This document shows positions 19,696-32,370 of a stretch of DNA of 64,000 nt, piece after piece (within the stretch, counting starts at the first letter, position 1; each line of letters begins with the position of its first letter). Under the pieces are notes generated by a model that saw only the letters and a list, made by a program, of their open reading frames with translations, was not told the origin of the DNA and did no database searches. Source of the stretch: Pseudomonadota bacterium. GTDB taxonomy: Bacteria; Pseudomonadota; Alphaproteobacteria; Caulobacterales; Caulobacteraceae. The position numbers were made by a program, and so were the translations under genes. The DNA lies in contig JBEHYZ010000003.1 of NCBI GenBank assembly GCA_048497915.1, forward strand, positions 4,299 to 68,298, read 5' to 3'.

Positions 19696-20274
19696 TCACT
19701 CGTCGGCGATGATGATGTCCGGCTGGTCGGGCGGGATGAAGTCAAACAGGCCGAAATCCAGACTCTTCTGCGGACGGAAAGCCGTCATCGGCGTTTCGAT
19801 CAGTGCCTGGATTTGCTCCGGTGTCAAATCCTGGCCCTTGGCGGTCTTGCGCAGCTTGCGCGCCTGTTCGCCGCCCGCTGCAGCCGGCACCGAACGGTTT
19901 GTGGGCAGAATCTTCCAGTAGCTGACCGACAGCTGCCAGACGCTGGGGCGCGGGGCCGTGACCTTGGGCCAGCGCACGCCGTCTTCGAACACCGGCTGCT
20001 CGTTCTTGCGGCGCGCGCCGGTGGTCGCCTTGAGCCGGCAGACAAACTTGCAGACCTGTTCTTCCTCGACCAGGCCCTTGAAGGCATTGCGCGCCTCTTC
20101 CAGCGACTCGTAAAGCGGCCCCAGCGACTGGCTGACAAAGGCGACGCGGTGCCCGGCCCGCGCCTCGGCTTCCTTTTCGCGGGCAGCCCGTTGCGCCGTA
20201 CCGGCCCGCAGCTGGGCAAGCGCGTCATGGCCGTCCTGGGCGATAGGGAAAAGGGGCAAGGACATGGGTGGCAT
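19696..20274 (-). CDS. Hypothetical protein
   Basis: 192-aa ORF with plausible composition, co-oriented with the two downstream paralogues. No recognised motif. Confidence 0.55.
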   Translation of the reverse strand: MPPMSLPLFPIAQDGHDALAQLRAGTAQRAAREKEAEARAGHRVAFVSQSLGPLYESLEEARNAFKGLVEEEQVCKFVCRLKATTGARRKNEQPVFEDGVRWPKVTAPRPSVWQLSVSYWKILPTNRSVPAAAGGEQARKLRKTAKGQDLTPEQIQALIETPMTAFRPQKSLDFGLFDFIPPDQPDIIIADE

Positions 20275-20347
20275 CGTTCACGTTTTGATCTGGCGCATCC
20301 TAAACCGCAACCGGGTGCGGGCGCAACGCGTCTTGACACCGTTTATA

Positions 20348-20369
20348 TATTTTGGCATTTGCCGAAATA
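20348..20369. promoter_or_regulatory. Putative ArsR/SdpR-type operator
   Basis: TATTTTGGCA-tt-TGCCGAAATA (10-2-10, one mismatch) between TTGACA (20333-20338) and the ArsR start. Confidence 0.6.
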
Positions 20370-20384
20370 ACAAAGGATGCTGTT

Positions 20385-20693
20385 ATGTCCGAAATCTATA
20401 AGGCCCTGGCCGACCCGACCCGACGCCGCATCCTCGAGCTGCTGCGCGAGTCCGAGAAGAGCGCGGGCGAAATCGCTGATCACGTCCATGTCTCGAAGCC
20501 GACCCTGTCGGGGCATTTCGCCGTGCTCAAGGCGGCCGGTCTGATCGACGTGACCCGGCTGGGGACGACGCTGATCTACCGGCTGAACCTGTCGGTGCTG
20601 GAGGACGCGGTAATGGGGCTGATGAGTATGTTCAAGGTGGGCCAGGATGTGCCCGTTGTCATTAGGGGAGGGGTTACGGATGCTGAAAACTGA
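20385..20693 (+). CDS. ArsR/SmtB family repressor (SdpR-like)
   Basis: KALADPTRRRILELL, SAGEIA, SKPTLSGHFAVLKAAGLI and YRLNLSVLED. Confidence 0.88.
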   Translation: MSEIYKALADPTRRRILELLRESEKSAGEIADHVHVSKPTLSGHFAVLKAAGLIDVTRLGTTLIYRLNLSVLEDAVMGLMSMFKVGQDVPVVIRGGVTDAEN

Positions 20694-21318
20694 GAAGGGC
20701 CTGGGTGCCTTCCTGTGGCTGGTTACCTTAGGCATCGCGATCTGGGGGCATTTCCATGTCCCCGACGGATTGATGGCCATACATTTCGGATGGAGCGGCG
20801 CGGCCGACGGTTATCGGCCTCGCGATACGGCCTTGAGCCTCATGCCGTTCATGGCGCTGGTGCTGAATGTAATGTTGTTGTGGATCTTGCCCGCGCTGCT
20901 GCGGCAATCGCTGGGGCGTTCGGCGGATGCTTATGGCGCCATCATTTTGGCCGTCCTGGCATTCCTGACCATTTTGCAGGGCTCACTGGTCCTCAATGCC
21001 ATGGGCAAATCGATCGATGTGTCGCAGGTGGCGATCCTCGGTCTGGGTTTCCTGCTGATCATCATCGGCAATTTCTTGCCGAAGCTGCGCCAGAACCGGA
21101 TTGCCGGTATCCGTTTGCCCTGGACGATGGCTGATGAACGGGTCTGGGACCGGACGCACCGCTTTGCCGGAAGCCTGACCATGCTGGGCGGGCTGGCGGC
21201 GGTGGCGGGTGCCTTTCTGCCGCAACCGGAATGGCGCGGCGCCGTCGCTTTGGCCGGAGCCATTGTGCCGATGCTGATGGTGGTCGTCTATTCCGCGATG
21301 ATCGCGCGCAAACCGTGA
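20680..21318 (+). CDS. SdpI/YhfL family membrane protein (DUF1648 + SdpI)
   Basis: IHFGWSGAADG and GNFLPK-(x)-NRIAGIRLPWTMADERVWDRTHRFAG; overlaps the ArsR stop. Confidence 0.85.
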   Translation: MLKTEKGLGAFLWLVTLGIAIWGHFHVPDGLMAIHFGWSGAADGYRPRDTALSLMPFMALVLNVMLLWILPALLRQSLGRSADAYGAIILAVLAFLTILQGSLVLNAMGKSIDVSQVAILGLGFLLIIIGNFLPKLRQNRIAGIRLPWTMADERVWDRTHRFAGSLTMLGGLAAVAGAFLPQPEWRGAVALAGAIVPMLMVVVYSAMIARKP

Positions 21319-21400
21319 TCTTTTCACCTCTTTTCCGCAGCGGTACGCCCCTAGATGGTCTATAGTTCCATTTTTGAGTGATTCGTGTGCGGACACGTAG

Positions 21401-23833
21401 ATGGCGATGGAAGCAATAGCCTATACGGCGGCGGGGGGCGCGATGGCGCTGGCGCTGTCGACCACCTATCTGGCGTGGCGGATGCGCCGCCGGCTGTCAG
21501 AGTCGCGGGAAAAGCTGCGGGTCGACCTCGGCGTCAAGGATATCACTTTAAGCGAACTGGATGCCGCCACCTCGGCGTTTGACGAAGCGTTCCTGGCCGT
21601 CGAAGGCTCAAGCGTGCGCCTTGTGTGGGGCGACGAGACCCTGAAAGCCTGCGCCGACGCGCTGGGCCTGAAAGCGCCGCGTGATGGCGCCGCGCAGGTC
21701 GTCGAGGCCCTGGGTGAAACCTCTCCGGAAGCCCGCCAAAGTCTGCAGGCCCTGATCGGCGAAGGCAAGCCGTGCCGTCTCGAAGTGTTTGCCGAAGGCA
21801 CGGACGGTGTCATGCCGACCGCTGGACTGACCATCGTGGTGGAAGGCAAGTCGTCGGGCGCCACGGCCTGGATTCGTCTGGCCATCGCCGCCGCCAAGGC
21901 GTCGCTGTCGTCTGGTCCGTTCGCCCAGATGGCCGAGCACCTGCCGGCACCATGCTGGATCTGCGCCCGCGACGGCCGCATCGTCTGGGCCAATGCCGCC
22001 TGGCTGAAAGCCGTCGAGGCGCCGTCGCTGGACGAGGCGCTGAAGGTCGGCGCGTCGTTCGACCATTCTGCCGACGCACTGGTGGCCGAAGCCGTCGAAA
22101 GCCACGACCGCCGCGACGGGTTCCGCTGGATCACCATCGGCGGCCAGCGCCGGTCGTTCCACATCATCGCTGAGGCGATGAACGAGGCCTATGTCTGCGC
22201 CTACGCCATCGACGTCACCGACGCAGAGGAAAGCCGCGAAGCGTTAAAGCGTCACGCCAAGGCGCATGACGAGACGCTCGACAGCCTGGAAGACGCCGTG
22301 GCGATCTTCGGGCCGGAAAAGCAGCTGACCTTCCACAACCGCGCCTTCGAGCAGCTGTGGGAGCTGGAACCCGCCTGGCTGGCGGAACGGCCGACGCACG
22401 GTGAGTGGCTGGACCGGCTGCGCCAGAAACGCCGTCTGCCAGAGACTTCGGACTATGCCACCTTCAAGGCGCGTGAGCTGGAGTTCTACGGCCTGACCCA
22501 CACGGCCGACGACGAGATGTGGACCCTGCCGGACGGTCGGTCGATGCGCGTGGTGCGCCAGCCGCATCCGCTGGGTGGCCTCTTGGTGCTGTTCTCGGAC
22601 AAGACGGGCGAGCTGAAGCTTAAGGCGCAGTTCAATGCGCTCATCCAGGTGCAGAAGTCGACGCTGGACCAACTCAATGATGCCGTTACAGTGTTTGGTT
22701 CCGACGGCCGTTTGCGCCTTCGGAATCAGTCATTCGACCGTTTCTGGAACATTCGTAATGACGATATCACGGCCGTCATGGATTTCGCCCAGGTGGCCGA
22801 ACTTTGCCTGCCGCTGGTGCATGATCGCGGCTTCTGGAGCGAACTGAAGGCGCGGGTGACCGACACCGATCCGCTGGCGCGGGCGCCGCAGTCGGGCGAG
22901 ATCAAGATTTCCGACGGCCGGCTGGCGCAGTGGCGGACACAGCCGCTGCCGGACGGCGCGACCCTGGTGGCGTTTTCCGACATCACGGCGACGCGCGGCC
23001 TGGAAAAGGCCATCGTGGCGCGCGACGAAGCGCTCAATGAATCGGTCCGGCTGAAGCGCGATTTCGTCGCCAATGTCAGCTATGAACTGCGCACGCCGTT
23101 GACGACGATTGTCGGTTATGCCGACCTGCTGCACGCCCAGGCCAAGGGGGCGGACACCAAGCAGAAGGCCTATCTGGAATCGATCCAGTCGGCAGCGCAG
23201 GAACTGGCGCGCTCGATCGATGACGTGCTCGACATGGCGCAGATCGATGCCGGCGAAATGTCGATTTCGCTGGCCGATGTGCGGCTGCTCGATGTGGTGG
23301 CCGAGGTCGCCGCCCGCCAAGCCGAGGCCTTCAAGGCCAAGGGTGCGCATTTCGACTATACCGGCGTGGTTGAGGCCGGTCTGGTGCGGGTTGACCCGCG
23401 CCGACTGGGGCAGTGCCTCGAGCACCTGTTGGCGCATGCCGTCCGCAACACCCAGGCTGACGGCATGGTCCGGCTTGAGGCGCGCAAAGACGGCGACAAT
23501 CTCGAGCTTGAAGTGTCCTATGAAGGGCGCGGCATCCCATACCACGTCCAGGCGCATATCTTCGACCGCTATACTGGCCGGGAACGCGGCGGGCCGGGCC
23601 TGGGGCTGGCGCTGGTCAAGGCGCTGGTCGAGTTGCACGAAGGCTGGATCACGCTGGAGTCCGAACCCGCCGAGGGCGCCAGCTTCAAGATCCACCTGCC
23701 CAACCAGAGCGGTGTCGGCAAGGTGAAGGATGCGCCTGCCGACGAGGCCAGCCAGCCGGGCACAGCGACGGCCGTCATGGAAAGCCTGGAAAGCGGAAAC
23801 AGCGGCGCTGATCCCATCGAGGATGTGGCCTGA
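21401..23833 (+). CDS. divL: DivL PAS-domain pseudo-histidine kinase
   Basis: Multiple PAS domains. The H-box carries Tyr (FVANVSYELRTPLTTIVGY), followed by HVQAHIFDR...GGPGLGLALVKALVELH. Confidence 0.9.
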   Translation: MAMEAIAYTAAGGAMALALSTTYLAWRMRRRLSESREKLRVDLGVKDITLSELDAATSAFDEAFLAVEGSSVRLVWGDETLKACADALGLKAPRDGAAQVVEALGETSPEARQSLQALIGEGKPCRLEVFAEGTDGVMPTAGLTIVVEGKSSGATAWIRLAIAAAKASLSSGPFAQMAEHLPAPCWICARDGRIVWANAAWLKAVEAPSLDEALKVGASFDHSADALVAEAVESHDRRDGFRWITIGGQRRSFHIIAEAMNEAYVCAYAIDVTDAEESREALKRHAKAHDETLDSLEDAVAIFGPEKQLTFHNRAFEQLWELEPAWLAERPTHGEWLDRLRQKRRLPETSDYATFKARELEFYGLTHTADDEMWTLPDGRSMRVVRQPHPLGGLLVLFSDKTGELKLKAQFNALIQVQKSTLDQLNDAVTVFGSDGRLRLRNQSFDRFWNIRNDDITAVMDFAQVAELCLPLVHDRGFWSELKARVTDTDPLARAPQSGEIKISDGRLAQWRTQPLPDGATLVAFSDITATRGLEKAIVARDEALNESVRLKRDFVANVSYELRTPLTTIVGYADLLHAQAKGADTKQKAYLESIQSAAQELARSIDDVLDMAQIDAGEMSISLADVRLLDVVAEVAARQAEAFKAKGAHFDYTGVVEAGLVRVDPRRLGQCLEHLLAHAVRNTQADGMVRLEARKDGDNLELEVSYEGRGIPYHVQAHIFDRYTGRERGGPGLGLALVKALVELHEGWITLESEPAEGASFKIHLPNQSGVGKVKDAPADEASQPGTATAVMESLESGNSGADPIEDVA

Positions 23834-23878
23834 GCGGCAGTTTTGCGGTAATTTGCCCCAAAACGGCAGGAGAGGCGC

Positions 23879-24478
23879 ATGGTCCGGAAACGTTTCATCC
23901 TTGTTGGGGTCGTTTTGCTGATTGGCGCCGGCCTGTGGGGATGGCTGATCGTCGCCAATACGGGTGTCGATTTCACGCTCCCGGGCCTCAAGCCTACCAA
24001 AGCGGTTGCCACCCCTTACGATCCGGCGAAGCAGCGCGCAAAGGAAGTCGCCAACCAGCAAGCGAGCTGGGGAAGTATCCTGGTCAAGGGCTGTGAGGCG
24101 GGCATGTCCGACTTCCAGGTGGGACGGTTCGACACTGACGGTGACGCTGTCGATGACAAGGTATGCTGGCGGCCGATTCAGACGGCTACGGACGGCAATT
24201 TTGTCGGCGTGGCGGTGATCGCCAAGAACGCGGACGGCACGGTGCGGAGGCGCGGCTACGCGGTCCTGCCGGCGGCGAAGACGGTAGCCGAAGACGTGAA
24301 GATTTCGCGCAAGGCGTGGACCAGCAAAGACCTTTCCGATCATCAGTGGGCGGCTGATGCCGTGGCCTCTCCGGTAAGTGTCGCCGTGTCGGGGCCTGGC
24401 GACGCGGCCTGGCTGTTCTGGCCGAAAACAGGCGAAGGCGAGGCTGTCGCCCTGGTGACGGAAAACCAGGCGCCGTAA
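23879..24478 (+). CDS. Hypothetical membrane-anchored/periplasmic protein
   Basis: AGGAGAGG RBS and an N-terminal TM segment. No known motif. Confidence 0.6.
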   Translation: MVRKRFILVGVVLLIGAGLWGWLIVANTGVDFTLPGLKPTKAVATPYDPAKQRAKEVANQQASWGSILVKGCEAGMSDFQVGRFDTDGDAVDDKVCWRPIQTATDGNFVGVAVIAKNADGTVRRRGYAVLPAAKTVAEDVKISRKAWTSKDLSDHQWAADAVASPVSVAVSGPGDAAWLFWPKTGEGEAVALVTENQAP

Positions 24479-24486
24479 GCAAGCGA

Positions 24487-25623
24487 TCAGGCGGCGTGCG
24501 CCAGGGAGCGCATCAGGTCCGACTTGGCGACAATGCCGACCAGATGTTTCTTGTCGTCGGTGATCAGGACATGCGGGTGATCGAGGCTGAGCAGCAGCGG
24601 CACCAGGTCTTCAGCCGGAGCGGTGACGGGCAGGTACTGCCAGGTTTCGCTCATGATCTGGCCGCAGGCTTCGGGCTTGTCGGAGTGCGGCGTCGGGCTG
24701 CGTTCCAGCAGGCGCCTCAGCCCTTCTGTCGGATCCGTCGGATTGAGGACGGCGGCCTCACGCAGGAAATCGGCGCGGTTCAGCAGGCCGGTGATACGTT
24801 TCTGGCGTGTCACGACGGGCAGGGCTTTGATGTCGTGCTTTTCCATCAGCGCCCAGGCGTCCTTCAGGTCGGTGCCAAAATGCACGGTCTTCGGGTGCGG
24901 CGTCATGATCTGGGCGCAGGTCATAGCGCCGGACAGACGGCGGAAGGACTGCAGTTCGGTGCGCTGGATCAGGTCTTCCAGATCCTCGCGGTTGATGCTG
25001 AGGACCTGGTTATATTCGCCTAGCGCCGCATCGAGGTCGGCCGGATCGAAGTTGCGCAGGGCGGGGGTTTTGGCGCGTGCCGGAGCCATCTGGCGCGATG
25101 GATAGCGGTGCTTGGTGAAGCGGTGGAAGATCAGCGCGAACACCACCAGCGCCGCCGCATTGATCGTCGTCGGATAGAAAATGAAATGCCAGTCCGTGGT
25201 GTGCGCCATGATCGGTAGCAGCGCCGTGCCGCCGCCCGGCGGATGCAGGCAGCGAAGCTGCAGCATGGCGAGGATGGCCACGGCCGCCGCCGCCGCCGCG
25301 CCCAGGGCCGTCTCACCGAACAGGTGATAGCAGATCATGCCGGCGGTGACCGAGACCAGATGGCCGCCAACCGCGGCCCAGGGCTGGGAAAACGGTGAAC
25401 CGGGCACGACGAACAGCAGAACGGAACTCGCGCCCAGCGAAGCGATCATCCACGCTTTGACGGCGAAGGAAACGCTGGCAAAATGGCAGATCAGGCCGAC
25501 CAGGAAAATGCCGATCAATGCGCCGGCGGTGGCGACCAACTGATCCTTGAGACTGATGGTAACCGGCGCCGGCCGGAACGATCCCAGCCATCGCGTCAGC
25601 CATCCCGGAGCACTGTTGACCAT
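24487..25623 (-). CDS. HPP family membrane protein with C-terminal CBS domains
   Basis: LGASSVLLF-(x)-PGSPFSQPW and CLHPPGG; CBS pair (IMTPHP...HDIKALPVV...VGIVAKSDL). Confidence 0.9.
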   Translation of the reverse strand: MVNSAPGWLTRWLGSFRPAPVTISLKDQLVATAGALIGIFLVGLICHFASVSFAVKAWMIASLGASSVLLFVVPGSPFSQPWAAVGGHLVSVTAGMICYHLFGETALGAAAAAAVAILAMLQLRCLHPPGGGTALLPIMAHTTDWHFIFYPTTINAAALVVFALIFHRFTKHRYPSRQMAPARAKTPALRNFDPADLDAALGEYNQVLSINREDLEDLIQRTELQSFRRLSGAMTCAQIMTPHPKTVHFGTDLKDAWALMEKHDIKALPVVTRQKRITGLLNRADFLREAAVLNPTDPTEGLRRLLERSPTPHSDKPEACGQIMSETWQYLPVTAPAEDLVPLLLSLDHPHVLITDDKKHLVGIVAKSDLMRSLAHAA

Positions 25624-25636
25624 GATTGGTGCGGGT

Positions 25637-27992
<2,356 letters not shown>

Positions 27993-28104
27993 GCAGGCCT
28001 CCCGTATGGCATGCGACACATGTCGCATGTATGCGACATTTAGTCAATCCTGGAGGCGGCGGACAGGCGGTAGGTGGGGGAACTCTGTTCCCCCTGCTTT
28101 TTGC

Positions 28105-28881
28105 CTAGCCCTTGGCGGGCATCATCTTCTTGATTTCGGCGATCGCCTTGGCCGGGTTCAGACCCTTCGGGCAGACCTGAGCGCAGTTCATGATGGTGTG
28201 GCAGCGATAGAGCTTGAACGGGTCCTCGAGCGCCTCGAGGCGGGTCTTGGTGCTCTCGTCGCGGCTGTCGACCAGCCAGCGGTAGGATTGCAGCAGGGCT
28301 GCCGGCCCAAGGTACTTGTCCTGGTTCCACCAGTAGCTCGGGCACGAGGTCGAGCAGCAGGCGCACAGGATGCACTCGTAGAGGCCGTCGAGCTTGTCGC
28401 GGTTCTTCGGCGTCTGCAGGCGTTCTTTTTCCGGATCGGGCGTCTTGGTCTGCAGCCAGGGCTCGATCGAGGCGTACTGGTTGTAGAAGCCAGTCAAGTC
28501 CGGCACCAGGTCCTTGACGACCGGCATGTGCGGCAGCGGGGCGATGGTGATTTCACCGGAGAATTCCTCGTGGCCCTTGATGCAGGCCAGGGTGTTGCGG
28601 CCGCCGATGTTCATGGCGCAGGAGCCGCAGATGCCTTCGCGGCACGAGCGGCGGAAGGCCAGCGTCGAATCGATGTTGTTCTTGATGTAGATCAGGCTGT
28701 CGAGCAGCATCGGGCCGTGATCGTTCGTATCGACCTCATAAGTGTCCCAGCGCGGGTTCTGGCCCGAGTCCGGATCGAAACGGTAGATCTTGTAGGTGCG
28801 CGTCGTCTTGGTGCGCTTCGACGCCTTGAAGGTCTTGCCCTTCTTGATCTGGGAATCGCGGGGGAGGGTTAACTCAACCAT
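28105..28881 (-). CDS. sdhB: Succinate dehydrogenase iron-sulfur subunit
   Basis: [22 protein letters not shown] and [13 protein letters not shown]. Confidence 0.97.
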   Translation of the reverse strand: MVELTLPRDSQIKKGKTFKASKRTKTTRTYKIYRFDPDSGQNPRWDTYEVDTNDHGPMLLDSLIYIKNNIDSTLAFRRSCREGICGSCAMNIGGRNTLACIKGHEEFSGEITIAPLPHMPVVKDLVPDLTGFYNQYASIEPWLQTKTPDPEKERLQTPKNRDKLDGLYECILCACCSTSCPSYWWNQDKYLGPAALLQSYRWLVDSRDESTKTRLEALEDPFKLYRCHTIMNCAQVCPKGLNPAKAIAEIKKMMPAKG

Positions 28882-28882
28882 A

Positions 28883-30667
28883 TCAGTACACTCGAGCTTT
28901 CGGAGCGATATAAGCGATGTCGTTGGTCATGGTGTAGGTGTGGACCGGACGATAGTCGATGTTGGTCTTGCCCGACGCCAGATCGATCCAGGTCAGGGTG
29001 TGCTTCATCCACTCGTCGTCGTTACGGTTCGGGAAGTCCTCGTGCGCGTGGGCGCCGCGGCTTTCCTGACGGTTCGAGGCCGAGTTGACGGTGACGACGG
29101 CCTGCGAGATCAGGTTGTCGTATTCCAGCGCTTCGACCAGATCGGTGTTCCAGATCATGCCGCGATCGTTGATGCCGATGTCTTTCGAGGCCGTGAAGAC
29201 TTCCGCCAGACGGCTGACGCCCTGGGCGAGGCTTTCGGTGGTGCGGAAGACGGCGGCGTCTTCCTGCATGGCCATCTGCATCTTGAGGCGCAGCTGCGCG
29301 GTCGGCGTGCCGCCCGACGCATTGCGGAACTTGTCGAGGCGGTCGAGGTGGGTCTGGACATTCGACGCCGGCAGTTGCTTGTGCGGCGTGTTGGGCTGGA
29401 CCAGCTCCTTGGCGCGCAGGCCGGAGGCGCGACCGAACACCACGAGGTCGATCAGCGAGTTCGAACCCAGGCGGTTGGCGCCATGCACCGACACGCAGGC
29501 CGCTTCGCCGACGGCCATCAGGCCCGGAACGACGGTGTCGGCATTGTCGCCCTTCTTGGTCAGGACTTCGCCGTGATAGTTGGTCGGAATGCCGCCCATA
29601 TTGTAGTGGACGGTCGGGATGACCGGGATCGGCTCTTTGGTGACATCGACGCCGGCGAAGATCTTGGCGCTTTCCGAAATGCCCGGCAGGCGCTTGTGCA
29701 GGATTTCCGGCGGCAGGTGGTCGAGGTGCAGGTGGATGTGGTCCTTCTTCGGGCCGACGCCGCGGCCTTCGCGGATTTCCATGGTCATGGAGCGTGAGAC
29801 GACGTCGCGCGACGCCAGGTCCTTGGCCGACGGGGCGTAGCGTTCCATGAAGCGCTCACCGGCCGAATTGGTCAGGTAGCCGCCTTCGCCGCGTGCGCCT
29901 TCGGTGATCAGGCAGCCGGAGCCGTAGATGCCGGTCGGGTGGAACTGGACGAATTCCATGTCCTGCAGCGGCAGGCCGGCGCGCAGCACCATGGCGTTGC
30001 CGTCGCCGGTGCAGGTGTGGGCCGAGGTCGCCGAGAAATAGGCGCGGCCATAACCGCCGGTGGCCAGGATGACCAGGTGGGCGCGGAAGACGTGGATGTC
30101 GCCGGTGTCGAGCTGCCAGGCGGTGACGCCGCGGCAGACGCCATCATCCATGATCAGGTCGAGGCCGAAATATTCGATGAAGAATTCGACGTTCTCGCGC
30201 ACCGACTGGCCGTAGAGCGTGTGCAGGATGGCGTGGCCGGTACGGTCGGCGGCGGCGCAGGTGCGCTGCACCGGGCCTTCGCCGAAGTTCTTGGTCATGC
30301 CGCCGAACGGGCGCTGATAGATCTTGCCGTCGTCGGTCCGCGAGAACGGCACGCCCCAGTGTTCCAGCTCATAGACGGCCTGCGGCGCGTTGCGGACCAG
30401 GTATTCGATGGCGTCCTGGTCGCCCAGCCAGTCCGACCCCTTGACGGTGTCGTACATGTGCCACTGCCACTTGTCCTCGCCCATATTGCCGAGCGAAGCG
30501 GCGACGCCACCCTGGGCGGCGACAGTGTGGGAGCGGGTCGGGAAGACCTTGGTGATGCAGGCGGTCTTGAGACCGGCTTGACCTGCACCCAGCGCAGCGC
30601 GCAGGCCGGAGCCGCCGGCGCCGAGCACCACCACATCGTATTCGTGGTTGATGATGTTGTAGGCCAT
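28883..30667 (-). CDS. sdhA: Succinate dehydrogenase flavoprotein subunit
   Basis: [16 protein letters not shown] (covalent FAD His), QFHPT and [11 protein letters not shown]. Confidence 0.98.
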   Translation of the reverse strand: MAYNIINHEYDVVVLGAGGSGLRAALGAGQAGLKTACITKVFPTRSHTVAAQGGVAASLGNMGEDKWQWHMYDTVKGSDWLGDQDAIEYLVRNAPQAVYELEHWGVPFSRTDDGKIYQRPFGGMTKNFGEGPVQRTCAAADRTGHAILHTLYGQSVRENVEFFIEYFGLDLIMDDGVCRGVTAWQLDTGDIHVFRAHLVILATGGYGRAYFSATSAHTCTGDGNAMVLRAGLPLQDMEFVQFHPTGIYGSGCLITEGARGEGGYLTNSAGERFMERYAPSAKDLASRDVVSRSMTMEIREGRGVGPKKDHIHLHLDHLPPEILHKRLPGISESAKIFAGVDVTKEPIPVIPTVHYNMGGIPTNYHGEVLTKKGDNADTVVPGLMAVGEAACVSVHGANRLGSNSLIDLVVFGRASGLRAKELVQPNTPHKQLPASNVQTHLDRLDKFRNASGGTPTAQLRLKMQMAMQEDAAVFRTTESLAQGVSRLAEVFTASKDIGINDRGMIWNTDLVEALEYDNLISQAVVTVNSASNRQESRGAHAHEDFPNRNDDEWMKHTLTWIDLASGKTNIDYRPVHTYTMTNDIAYIAPKARVY

Positions 30668-30670
30668 GAG

Positions 30671-31054
30671 TTACGCCCCCTGATGCACGAGATAGAGCGC
30701 GCCCAGGCTGGCGATCAGGACCGCGGCACTTAAGATGAAAACGAGAAAGGTCAGAAGACCGCGCAGGCCGGCCGTGCCGATATAGTCATCGATGATGACC
30801 TTCAGCCCCATATACATGTGCCACACCGACAGGAAGACGGTCAGGCCGGCCAGACCGGCATTGAGCGGCACGCGGACAAAAGCCAGAGCGGCTTCGTAAC
30901 CACCGCCGGCGATCTGCGTGGCGCCCCAGACGCCCCACAGGGTCAGCGGGATCAGGGCCAGGGAAGTAAAGCGTTCGGCCAGCCATTCGCCGGCACCGTG
31001 CTTGGCGGACTTCTTCCAGTCCTTCGAGGAGCGGCTTACGTCGAGATTGCTCAT
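30671..31054 (-). CDS. sdhD: Succinate dehydrogenase hydrophobic anchor subunit
   Basis: WLAERFTS and HMYMGLKVIIDDY; start overlaps the sdhC stop. Confidence 0.9.
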   Translation of the reverse strand: MSNLDVSRSSKDWKKSAKHGAGEWLAERFTSLALIPLTLWGVWGATQIAGGGYEAALAFVRVPLNAGLAGLTVFLSVWHMYMGLKVIIDDYIGTAGLRGLLTFLVFILSAAVLIASLGALYLVHQGA

Positions 31055-31473
31055 AAGGACACCGATACCTTTCCGGTCGCGAACAGAAGCGCCCAGAAGG
31101 CGACGGTCAGGACGACGCCGAGCAGCATGGTCCAGGTGGCCAGCGCATCGGCCGACTTCGGCTTGAAGCTGGCGCCCAGATCCCAGATCAGATGGCGCAG
31201 ACCGCCGGTCAGGTGGACGAAGGCGGCCAGGGACAGGCCGAACCACACCAGAAGCCCCAGCGGCGAGGCGGCGTAGGTCAGGAAGACGGTATAGGTCTCG
31301 CGGCCCAGCGCCAGGCAAACCAGCCAGGCGGCGACCAGGATCATGCCGGCGACGGCGGCGGAGCCGGTGACGCGGTGCATGATCGAGCTGAACATGGTGA
31401 TATGCCAGCGCCACACCTGCAAATGCGGTGAAAGCGGGCGGCGGGGACTATTAGGACTGGGCATATTCGACAT
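31051..31473 (-). CDS. sdhC: Succinate dehydrogenase cytochrome b556 subunit
   Basis: RPLSPHLQ, SIMHRVTG and HLTGGLRHLIWD. Confidence 0.93.
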   Translation of the reverse strand: MSNMPSPNSPRRPLSPHLQVWRWHITMFSSIMHRVTGSAAVAGMILVAAWLVCLALGRETYTVFLTYAASPLGLLVWFGLSLAAFVHLTGGLRHLIWDLGASFKPKSADALATWTMLLGVVLTVAFWALLFATGKVSVSL

Positions 31474-31848
31474 CTTCCGGTCTGGTGACCCGTGAATTGC
31501 GCGACAAGCTGTAAATTCTGCGTGAACCGGCACGAAAAAAGGCCGGATGATGGCCGGACTTTTTAGACACTGGTTACCTTATGTCAATCTTGGTTTGACG
31601 ACAAACCCGTGTTTTTAAAACGAACGGGGACGGCAGGACACGCGTCTGGAGAATCCGCATGGATGTAATTAGCGTGATGCTAAGGCTGGCCTCCGTTACG
31701 CGAACTGTCAAAGCTTCGACAAATTCCTGTTGTTGACTGCTGCGGTGAATGAAATCTTAAGAAGCCTTGATCAAGCTGCAATACGGATCGGATGGCTTCG
31801 CGCAGACATTCGCTCCGTTCCGCAAAATTCAAAGAGTGTGATCGACCC

Positions 31849-32364
31849 GTGTTGTCAGCCCTGATCGTTTCCGCCGCCCTGCTGGCGCAAGAGACCCCCG
31901 CCGCACCGGCTCAATCCGGGGCCGCCGTCAGCGTCGATGCCTATCGCCGCGACTATGAAGGCCCGAAGTCCAGCTCCGAGCTGCGCTACGACACCTCGAT
32001 CTGGTCGGCCTATTCGGCCAAGGAAAACCAGATCGGCACGCTGGAAGGCTCATGGGTCGTAGCCGATACGACGGGCCGCAAGCTGGTCGGGCTGGAACTG
32101 CGCAACGACAATATCGTCAGCGGCCGTTTGGAAGGCGCTTGGCGGTCGATGCTGGCCGGGTTCGGCTTGAACGGTTCGGGCTTCGTGCAGGACGTGTCGG
32201 TGACCGGCAACGAGCTTGAGGTCAACTATTTCGCCGGCAAGTCGCGGGCGCCGACCATCCTCCAGATGCATAAGGACGCCAGCGGCACATGGCGCGGCAG
32301 CCTGCTCGATACTTCAGGCAAGAAGACGTCGGTCATCATGACCCGAGTCGGTAACGGTGACTAA
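31849..32364 (+). CDS. Hypothetical secreted protein
   Basis: GTG start, signal-like N-terminus, beta-rich domain. Confidence 0.55.
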   Translation: MLSALIVSAALLAQETPAAPAQSGAAVSVDAYRRDYEGPKSSSELRYDTSIWSAYSAKENQIGTLEGSWVVADTTGRKLVGLELRNDNIVSGRLEGAWRSMLAGFGLNGSGFVQDVSVTGNELEVNYFAGKSRAPTILQMHKDASGTWRGSLLDTSGKKTSVIMTRVGNGD

Positions 32365-32370
32365 AGGGTC

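Noticed and set aside
19228-20370. 380-aa plus-strand ORF over the unknown genes
   Set aside because: The minus-strand ORFs have a signal peptide, an RBS and mutual paralogy; this frame has no such support.
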